From Podarcis gaigeae (lineage: Eukaryota), in the NCBI GenBank assembly GCA_964106915.2, contig OZ066927.1: DNA of 64,000 bases. One strand, 5' to 3'. A program made the translations under genes and the position numbers. The notes under the pieces were generated by a model, which saw only the letters and a program-made list of their open reading frames with translations, had not been told where the DNA came from and did not search any database. Of the stretch, positions 12,871 through 23,066 are shown in pieces; within the stretch, counting starts at the first letter, position 1, and every line of letters starts with the position of its first letter.

Positions 12871-15326
12871 CTTCCATGCAAACAGGAGTGCCTTTCAGGG
12901 GGGGGCATGACAGAGGGGAACAAACACTGGGAGGAGCAACTTCCACAGAGATCTTTGCCCCATGGCCAGAAGCCAAATTGTACAAAACATCAAAGGGTCA
13001 GATTTGGAATCCAAAGGTGAACAGAACAGGAACCAGACACTAGGAACCCTGAGGTGGGAGTCAGCAGAGCACCATCTATGGGGGACCCAGTACACAATGG
13101 TACCCCAGGCCACCACCTCCCACTGGTATACCACAACCCAATCCCTACATTCTCATGAGTCAGGAAAGAAAGCCATTTTCAAATTATTTTACTTTTCTTA
13201 CATTACACTGGGGCTTTTCTGACATGCCTCCAACCACCAGCAGTACCCACGATTTTTAATAAACATTCAGTCTAAAGAAGAGTCCAACAAAACTTATGTC
13301 ATAACTTTTGATTGCCCTAATAAAAACACTATCCTGTTGTTCTTCTGATCCAATGCAGCAGCACACACTTCATAAACACTTTACACCTTTATTTTTCTGG
13401 ACTTTTCAATTGCAAAATCATGTATCATCCCCCTAAAGTTTATTTGTCTTGCTAGTTTACTCTCAAAAGACAAAGCACACAAAACAGCCAGGTGACCTAA
13501 CTGTTCCTGCCTAGTGTGTGGTTTGAACTAGACATTCCCCAAACACATACTTTGGACTTGTCAATCCGCCTAGCAGTGCTGGCTCTGTCCCTGGGATGCA
13601 TGTCCTTGATTATTATGCTTTGCCCCTTCCACAAACTTGTACCTTCTTCCTTGTGCACAACAAAGTCTGGATCAGGCCAAAAGGGGCCCATCTGGTCCAG
13701 CATTTTGTTCTCACAATGGCTAGGCGTATGCCTGTGGGAAGCCCGGAAGCAGGACCCCAGCACAAGATCCCTCTCCCCACCTGTGGTTTCCAGCAACTGG
13801 TATTCAGAAACATTACTGCCTCTGGCTGTGTAGGCAAAGCAGAGAGTTTGTTATAAAGGGAAAGATAAATGTTCTCTCTCAAACAGCATGTCCTAATTTT
13901 ACTACCCAAGCTCACTCTCAGAGATAGGGAAGGGCCTGGCCCCACAACTCACTGTTCATAATGTTGTTTGTCCTGCTCTAACACGGCTTCTGATTGGCTC
14001 CAGCAAATCTCACAAGATATCTAGACAATAGAGGCACAGATAATGTCCATAAATATCCTCAAGCATAATCTACAATTTAGCCTCCATTTCTTTTCCATGC
14101 AGCAATGGGAATGTAGCCTAACCTGCCTCCATCACAGATCTCTGGACCCTAATAAACTGTACCATTTCCCCTAACTGACCTTCTAATACTTGGGCCTGAA
14201 ATGAAGGGGAGTGAGGCATGTAAGGAGTGAGGGAAAAGGTGCTGGGAGATTGAGAGACTATGGAGCAAGCTCCCAGGCCACAACAAGACTCCCAACTAAG
14301 AAAAGCTTACTGTACCTCGCATTTCCACATCATGTCAAGCAACATGTCAAGTAACCTGAAGATACACAGCCATTATGCTGGTGGAACAGCTGCTCTAGCA
14401 AGTGCTCAGCTGGGAGAGAAAGCCCAACTCCAGAAAATGCAAAAGCAAACTCCAGAAAATGTTAAAAGAACTGGCGTCCCTAACATCCCTGACACAGCAC
14501 ACCAACCAGAGATGATGGCCTAGTCTCCATGTGATATGAAGAAATACCATAGCTTTGCATGAACAAGAGAGCATGCAAGTGAGTGCATGAAGCAAAACTC
14601 CCAGCTTCTTATTCCTCCCTTAATCCTGCTGCCACTATCATGTTACCCTAATTGAAACCATAGTTTGGTTTAGCATTAAACCATAAGCTCAGGTTCAGAT
14701 GTATCTCCCAGTGGCTATGGCCAGTGTTAGTAACTAAAATATGAAAGCTAGGAGCTAAACGGCACCTTAAACCTAGGTTATGGGCACAACAACGGAATGT
14801 CTAGGCTCCCTTTTTTATAACAAGAATGCAAAGCTGAAAATGAATGAACCGCAGTTAAAATATTATATTATGTTCATTTTTGACATGGTCTAGTCCTTCC
14901 CCTGCTGACCCCCCTAATATTCTTAAGAGGATCTCTTCTTCAGTCTTCAGAGAGTAGTTGGAAGTGGGGATGCAGAAAAAGGTGCTCCTTTCCTTCCACT
15001 CTGTAGTTTTAATCTGAAATCTTAGACACAGACAGTACTGCACCCAGAAACTGCTCGCACTAATGAAATTCCCTGTCGCAAAATGCGCCTAGAACAATGG
15101 GAGTTTCCAACACTGGCTAGTGGCTTATCTGAACAGCAGTACCAAATGAAGGAACTCTGTGGTTTAGTCCACAAAGCAGAAACAAACAAGTTCAGGATGT
15201 TGCTGATTCTAATTCACCTGGGGGAATTTTCATCAGTTGAAAAGGATGTTGTCAGCACAGCTATGGAGAAACATGAGCAAATGCACACACCGGTTCCTGT
15301 GGAAATTCAATTACCCCAAGGGAAAG

Positions 15327-15793
15327 AGAAACCAGTAGGAGAACACTTCAATCTCCCAGGACATTCTATACAAGATCTCAAAGTAGTTGTTCTATTACAA
15401 AGGAATTTCAGAAATAGACTGGAAAGAGAAGCTGCTGAATTGCAACTTATTACCAAACTTAAAACCATGGAGAGACCTGGTCTGAACAGAGACATTGGAT
15501 TCTTATCTCATTATATATGACAAAGCCATTTTTCACCTTCTCACCCCTTGCTTTTTCCTGTAAGACCTATTGCAGTCGTTAAGAGTCCTCAACAGGCTCA
15601 TCACAGCTATCTGCCAATCACCCATTCCCACCACCCTTCTGAGTAATACCCCTCCCCACCTTCTCACTATATAGAAGGGTCTGGTGACTTCTGTTTCTGT
15701 GTATCTGAAGAAGTGTGCATGCACACGAAAGCTCATACCTAGAATTAACTTAGTTGGTCTTTAAGGTGCTACTGGAAGGAATTTTTTGTTTTG
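15327..15793 (+). mobile_element. 5'-truncated Penelope-like retroelement (GIY-YIG endonuclease C-terminus plus terminal-repeat region)
   Basis: Encodes ..KPVGEHFNLPGHSIQDLKVVVLLQRNFRNRLEREAAELQLITKLKTMERPGLNRDIGFLSHYI*, the PLE GIY-YIG C-terminal pattern. Flanked by an exact 12-bp direct repeat CCCAAGGGAAAG (15315-15326 and 15794-15805). Confidence 0.88.
15701..15738 (+). ncRNA. Minimal type I hammerhead ribozyme motif (PLE-associated)
   Basis: GTAT-CTGAAGA-A-GTGTG-catg-CACAC-GAAA-GCTC-ATAC: CUGANGA and GAAA core boxes, stem I GUAU/AUAC, stem II GUGUG/CACAC, very short stem III, and a UC cleavage site. Confidence 0.8.
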
Positions 15794-16629
15794 CCCAAGG
15801 GAAAGCATGCATTATGCATGGCATATGCTGGCTGGTAAGGTCTGGCATGTCCCCATGGTCCCTCAGGAGGCAACACTGCACCAGGGTGGGACTCCACCTG
15901 ACACCCTGGTCCACAAATGTATCTCGAGGGAAGTGGAAGGGTCAGAACTCAGGAGTCAAGCGGGAAATGAGTACAACAGCACTAACCCAACTTGTGTACC
16001 CAAGCAGGTGGTATCCAGAGGCATGTTGCCACCAATACTAAAGGTAGTGCAGAGCCATTATGGCTTGTAGCCAATGGACTCAGTCTCTGTGTAGTTTGAG
16101 ATTAATAAGAAGCTGATCAGGAAAGCCCTAGGGGGATTCAGGTGTGCCGGGTTACATTAAATGAATTCCATCCTTTGGTACTAAAGCAGGTTGCTGAGAA
16201 GTTCTGTGTATCATGTCTGAGGAACCCTGCAGAACAGGTGAGGTGCCTCAGGACTGGGAACAGGCAGCTGTTGCTCCGAATTTGATCCCTCAAGAGGACC
16301 CTGTCTAGTCAGTCCTTGCTGACTCCTCCTCTGCAGACCAATAGGTTTCCCCAGCCACACTACCATCACCACACCTGGATTAAATTTCAACTTGTTTGTC
16401 CTGGCCCATACCACAACTGCCTCTTCCAGATGGCCTCTCTGGAACCAGGAAGTGGAAAATGGAAGCAGAGCAAGTTATATGCACACTGATGACGTTGCAG
16501 CCCAAACCTTAGTCACAAGTAACAATAGTTCCACTTTGCTCTGCCCTCAGACCACACCTGGGGCTATGGCGGATATACAGACAGACTGGAGCAGGTTCAG
16601 AAGAGAGCAAGAAACATGTTCTGAGATGT

Positions 16630-16930
16630 ATAGGGAAGAAGCCCTATGAGGGAATGTTGAAGAGATTGACCATGTTTAGGCTGGAAAACAAAATGGGTGG
16701 GGAACATGACTGCACTCCTCATGGACCTGAAGGGCTGCTACACAGAAGAGGGCAGAAATGCATCTAATGGGGCTAAAGGGGAGGTTTCGGTTTAACACTA
16801 GGAATAACTTCTTAAGAGAGCAGAGACAAAAGAAACAATGGCTCTGGAAGGGATCACTGGGTGGGTGAGCTCCTCTCCCTCCATGTAAGTATTGCGTGGG
16901 CAACCACCTGCTGCAGGAGCTTCTAGTTCT
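16630..16930 (+). mobile_element. CR1-type LINE ORF2 3' fragment
   Basis: ccctatgagggaatgttgaagagattgaccatgtttaggctggaaaa...ggaggtttcggtttaacactaggaataacttctta resembles the CR1 reverse-transcriptase C-terminal region; degenerate. Confidence 0.5.
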
Positions 16931-18039
16931 GGTGTTCTCTAGATCGAGGAGTGGGTGGGAACACACGGCCAGCAAGACACACACACACCCCTGTAATAAA
17001 AAAATTAAGGTCTTTTATATATATAATAAATGTTCATAAGTGTACTAACCAAGCATGTACAATATGTGGACCACATGTCTGGAGCAGCACAGGAAGACTG
17101 CCCTGAAACCATTTTAACTCCCAAACTGACCAAATGTTTTCTCTGCAAGGAGGGAGGGGGTGAGAGAACCTTCCCATTGTCTCAGGAATTGGGAAATCAC
17201 CATCTCAAAGGAATGGCCAGACTACCAGGAAAGTCAATCAGATAAGGCATTGTCAGATAACTGTGGCAGTCTGGAAAAAACAACATTCAAATTTCTGTTG
17301 TAGACCACCTTTTCTGTGATGTAGGTGTTTGTGGGGGTTACACCCCTTCAGTGATGTATGTATGATGTATGGAGGCGAGGTCTTGAGGTCTATTGTAAGG
17401 GCAGGCATACCTTCTTTCTGGGTCCTCCTCCTTTCTCCTGCCTGTGAGGGGAGCACCCTGTTGCAACAGTTCAATAAAGATCAGGCTTACTATCTGATTT
17501 GCTTCTATATATTCTCTGGTTGGCCTGTTATTTTCTCCTACCGATGGAAAACCTACAATGGACTCTTTAAGGGCTCTTGTGTCCCCCATAAGGGAATAAG
17601 GGCAGATTTTGCTTATTACACCCTTCTGATTTTTCTAACACAGATCTTATTAAATTATTATTATTTTTTAAAAAAATAAAGGTACTTTTGGGGTGGGTTA
17701 AAAACGTTTATTATTAATAGCACTTATTAGTGGCTTTATTTAAAGAAGTATCAAAGCGGTTTCACAATTTAATTTCATACTATTATTTAATAGCCTTGCA
17801 AATACAAAAGCAAAAAGTGCTCATAGTTCTGCCCCGCCCCGCGCCCTCACGAAGGCTGGACTGGTTGAGAGTGGCTCACGACACCCCTGCAGTGCAGGCC
17901 AAGATGAATACTGGCCTGGAGGGCGAAAGGGCCCCTTTCAGGAAAACGAAGCGGGGGCAGGAAGCTGAAAAATGGGTCACTGGACGAGGGGAAGCGGGGG
18001 AAGGGGGAGAGGAAGGCGCTGCTCAGCAAGACCTTTTTC

Positions 18040-18331
18040 CCCCGGTGTGGAGGCGGAGCGATTACGGCCCATCCGCGCGTACGTAGAGCCAGGGCGGCGC
18101 TTAAGGAGCGTCTACCACGCTACGGCGGAAGCTCCTAGTCGGGGGGGGGGTCAGGCGACAGCGGAAGTGACGTCTAAACTTGTGTGCTGACATGCGTAGT
18201 GGCGTCCCACCTGGCTTCCGATTCCGGTTTGTTCTGGACAGAGCTTCCGGCAAGAGCTTGGCGTCTGTATTTGTGTGCCTGGTTCAGTGAGGGCTCCTTT
18301 CGACAGACCCTGAGGAGGAGACACCGCCGCC
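18040..18331 (+). promoter_or_regulatory. MFAP1 CpG-island promoter / 5'UTR with composite ETS-CRE motif
   Basis: GCGGAAGTGACGTC at 18161-18174, further CTTCCG ETS cores, CpG-rich, and Kozak ccgccgccATG. Confidence 0.65.
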
Positions 18332-21300
18332 ATGTCGGGCTCCAGCAGCGCCCTCATGAAGCAGCCCCCGATCCAGTCGACGGCGGGGGCCGTCCCCGTC
18401 CGCAACGAGAAGGGTGAGGCGTCCTGGGGCGGGGAGCGGGGCATAGGGGGAATCATACGTATCCTGGACGATGGGGGGGGGGCTGAGCTCTTCTCCCCCC
18501 TGGGGCAGGAGTTGCGGGGGGGGGGGGGCGCCCTGGGGCAGGCTCAGTTTCTCCCCTCCTGACCTCTCGCTCCACTTCCAGGGGAGATCTCGATGGAAAA
18601 GGTGAAAGTAAAACGCTACGTCTCGGGGAAGCGGCCAGATTATGCCCCCATGGAGTCCTCGGACGAGGAGGACGAGGAGTTCCAGTTCATCAAGAAGGCC
18701 AAGGAACAGGAGCTGGAACCGGAGGAGCAAGAGGAAGAGCTGGCCAGCGACCCCCGTTTGCGCCGCCTGCAGAACCGCATCTCAGAGGATGTGGAGGAGA
18801 GGTGAGGGGCAGCAGAGGGTTGAGGGCAGAGTTGCTTGGGAGGTTGCGCTTGGCATGAAGTGGAAGAGGACAATCTGTGGGGGAAAGGCTGTGATCACTT
18901 GACATAGCAGAGGTGTTTTGTGAGCTGCGTGCCATTTTGTCACGTTAAAAGTGGGTTAGTGTAAGTAGAGCTTTATTTGTCTCATGAAGCACCTGCCCAA
19001 ACAGTGTTCTTGTGTCACATTCTATATTGCTTTCCTTGATCTGCTTGTTTTATTTTCTTTGATCATATTTTGTGAGTATTGCAATTATAAAAACCAGTAA
19101 AAAATATTACAAAAAGGTGGGTGTCTGTGTTCTAGGCTGGCAAGGCATCGTAAGATTGTGGAACCAGAAGTGATAGGGGAGAGTGACTCAGAAGTGGAAG
19201 GAGAGGCCTGGCATGTGGAGAGAGAGGACACCAGTGAGGAGGAAGAGGAGGAGATTGACGATGAGGTATGAGCAGGCCTGAGGAGCTACATTTTCCAGTC
19301 TTGGTGTTGGGTTCTGAATCTTGGGTGGAAATGTGTGTAGTTGGTCTCCTTTATAATGTTTTTATTTTGAAATCTTTAAGATGATATATTAATTTCCTGT
19401 TAAAGCATTCCTGTTTCGTTTGTATATTTTATATATGACATTTATTTTGGATGTTCTAATGTAGGATGTAAACCGCTTTTTTTAAAAAAATGATAAAGCA
19501 GTATAGAAGTGAAATGATGATGATGAAGTTTACAAGAGACTCCTTGCTCTTCAAGGATATGGGCACTTTCCCCAGTTCTACTTGGGAGATGCTGATGGGG
19601 ACCATTGAGCTATGGCCCTTTTCCAGATATGAACATATGAAAACTGCTTCATACTGTGTGGGCACATTGGTCTATCTAGCTCAGTAGATCTACAGTGACT
19701 GGCAGCAGTTCTCCAGGGGCTTAGATAGGGGCCTCTCCCAGCCTTACTTGGAGATGTTGGGGATTGAACCTGGGACTGCATTTATGCAGATGCTGTACCA
19801 CTGAGCCCTTCTTTCTTGATAGGAAATTGAACGTCGCCGTTGCATGATGCGGCAGCGTGCACAGGAACGTAAGAATGAGGAGCTGGAAGTCATGGAGGTG
19901 GAAGATGAGGGCCGTTCTGGAGAGGAGTCCGAATCAGAGTCCGAGTATGAGGAGTACACAGATAGTGAGGATGAGACTGAGCCACGCCTGAAACCTGTCT
20001 TCATCCGCAAGCAAGTGCCATCAGTCCTGGGCAGGGGGGGGGGAGGCTGGTTTCTAAAGCACAGTTGGTAGTTAAGAGCCTTCGTGTCAGAGCTTCCTGG
20101 CTTGGGCTACTTTCAGGGTTTCCTTCTGTTGACAACACATAAATGCAAGTCTGCGGGATGCTTCTTAGGAGGTTATGACAAGGGAGGCGATTGGTTCTAG
20201 TGAGCAGACAGTTTGGCTTGGGGGGTGGTTTGAGTTGATCTCCAATGTCTTCTGCAGGAAGGACAGAGTCACAGTCCAGGAGCGAGAGGCCGAAGCACTG
20301 AAACAGAAGGAACTGGAGCAGGAGGCCAAGCGAATGGCTGAAGAGAGGCGCAAGTACACCCTGAAGGTATTGTTAGGAAAGGCAGGTCCATGGGTTTCAG
20401 GGTTAGAGGAGCCTGAGTACCCCAAGACACTCACCCTCTGTTAACTTGCTGTAGATTGTTGAAGAAGAAACCAAGAAAGAGTTGGAGGAGAACAGGCGCT
20501 CCTTGGCAGCCCTCGATGCTCTGGACACCGATGATGAGAATGATGAGGAAGAGTATGAGGCCTGGAAAGTGCGGGAGTTGAAGCGCATCAAGCGGGACCG
20601 AGAGGAGCGTGAGGCGTAAGTAAAATAGGATGTGGCACAGTCCACTTGAGGAGGGAGAGGTCTTCTGGGTTGCTCCAGTCAGGAAGAAGAGGTTGCTCGG
20701 GTGTGGGTCTGATCTTGCTGGTATCCATTGCCCAGCTGACGGAGTCTTCTGCAGTGAGCAGAAAGTTGGGGAGTGGACATCCGTAATTGAAGTGGAATGG
20801 ATTTAGATCCATCCACACTTCTGGAGAGGGATGTTTACAGAGATCTCCTGTGCAGAATCAAGTGTCTGGAGTGAAGGATATGTTCTGCTTCACACAGGTT
20901 AGAGAAAGAGAAAGCAGAAATTGAACGAGTGCGGAATCTGACTGAGGAGGAACGACGGGCTGAGCTCCGAGCCAACGGCAAGGTCATTACCAACAAGGCG
21001 GTGAAGGGCAAATACAAGTTCCTGCAGAAGTACTACCATCGGGGGGCCTTCTTCATGGTGAGTTCCCAGTCAAAGCCCTGTCATTGAATACACAGCAAGA
21101 ACTCAATGTGCACTGGAAAGGAAAGGAGAGTGCTATCCAGGATATAGCCGCCATGGGGAGAGGGGGGCTGAATTAGATCACTTCTCTCAAGGAGTCCCTG
21201 AACAGTGGTGTTCTTTTCTGTTTAGGCTATACTATGCAGACCTTTTCTCCCAAGGCCAGCCTAGGGATGCTTGGTAGAATAAGGGTGGAGAGGCTGCTGT

Positions 21301-21783
21301 GAGCAAACATGTCTTTACCTACCTGCTGTGCTCTTTGTTCTCTAGGATGAAGATGAGGATGTATACAAGAGGGACTTCAGTGCTCCAACTCTGGAGGACC
21401 ACTTCAACAAGACCATCTTACCCAAAGTCATGCAGGTACATGAGAAGGAGGGGGTTCTGTTGTTTGGGCTCAGAGCCTCAACTAGCTTTGGCTTGCTGGT
21501 GTTGTATGCATGTTCCCCCTCCAACCAGAATTCCAGAAGGGTTGAAGTAAAGTGAATTCTCTTTGAAGCTTCTCCATTTATTAAACTCTTTCCTCTGCAG
21601 GTGAAGAATTTTGGGCGCTCTGGACGAACAAAGTACACCCACTTGGTAGACCAAGATACAACCTCTTTTGACTCTGCATGGGGGCAGGAGAGTGCACAAA
21701 ATACCAAGTTCTTCAAGCAGAAGGCAGCTGGTGTGAGGGATGTCTTTGAGAGACCCTCTGCCAAGAAGCGGAAGGTTACCTGA
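18332..21783 (+). CDS. MFAP1: Microfibrillar-associated protein 1 (spliceosome B-complex factor), 9 exons
   Basis: Exons 18332-18413, 18582-18801, 19136-19265, 19823-20010, 20258-20366, 20455-20615, 20898-21057, 21346-21435, 21601-21783. Phases are consistent. Peptides [49 protein letters not shown] and [21 protein letters not shown] match MFAP1. AATAAA at 22182. Confidence 0.97.
19630..19808 (-). mobile_element. tRNA-derived squamate SINE (Squam3-like) in MFAP1 intron 3
   Basis: ggggattgaacctgggac...gatgctgtaccactgagc is a reversed tRNA-like head. Similar copies at about 31230-31360 and 34180-34365. Confidence 0.65.
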
Positions 21784-23066
21784 GTCATCAAGAATAATTT
21801 GGGGCACTGTTAGGATCTTGCTGGATCAGTTTTGCCCTGTTTCTGTGGCATGGGACTATAGATTATCAAAGGCCTGGACCCACTTTTTCTGTCATCTTTG
21901 GATGGAGGATTTGACTCATAACCATAACCCGTTTTTAAGGAATTAGCACCAGCTCAGCAGGCTCATCGTTTCCCTTGAGGTATGCCAGCTCCCTCTACAG
22001 CCTTTTTTAGTTTTGGGAGGCATTTGCCTATTGTAAATATTTCTCATTCTCTTTAGAGGCACTGTAGGGCGGGGGGAGAGAAAAGCAAGGTGACACCTGT
22101 ATTAAATGTATTTCTTACCAAGTTGCTGTTGTGGTAATGTTCTAACAAGTAGGGATCCTGTTGTGGCAGATGTGATGCTCTAATAAAATAGTCAGACCCA
22201 CTTCTAGTAGAGAGGGGGCTTGGCAGTGCTGTGTGAGAAACACATTTTGGAACCTCTCTGGCTTATGGGCAGAATTAGGCTCCACACTCATAGGACATCG
22301 GTGCGGGATGTAAAAGCTATGAAAGCACAAACAGAAGCTTCAAGTTCTTTCTAGGTACAGCTTCCCTTTGGTGCTGTTTAAATTGGCAACAACTGGATAT
22401 GGCCCAGCACCCCAGTGTGCAAGATGCAAGTTTTTAAATCATCTAGGTATAGTTTCCTGAAAAAATTCAAAACTGGCCTCCTGTTCCCACAAACCCGTTC
22501 ATTTTTCTGAGTTCCATCTAAAGGATTGCCGATAGTAACTTAGGAAAATTCCAGTACTGGTACTCAAAAATAATGGCTATGAGGAATTAAGGGCCCACCG
22601 TATAGTTTACAATGCAACTCTGCCTACCCAAACTGGAAAGGGGGGGGGGAGCTGCCCACTGGTTGATTTCTCTTCATGTCTCCTGCATGTCACTCCACTG
22701 TTTCTCCTTGTCTGGAAAAGAACACCCAAGGGCTTTAAAAGTCTGAATTTTAGATTGAATTTTGCAAGTTGTTGTTTTAATGTTGTTTAACAAAAGGATC
22801 CCTGAATGAAAATAGGGCACCACTTTACCACCACTAGTCCTTCAGTCAGCTGAGGACCACCCTGGGATCTTCAGATGAAGGGCAGTATACAAATGATGAT
22901 GATAATAATAAACATCTTATAAACCACATTAACAGCAACTTCAAAAAAATTGGATTATTTATTCCAGCAGCTTTAAAATATCATATGCAAAGAACAAGTG
23001 CAGAACAGGCCAAAGAGAGGCTATCTCCTTCCCTTGCTCCCCAAAAGTCCATCTAGCAGGTGGCTC

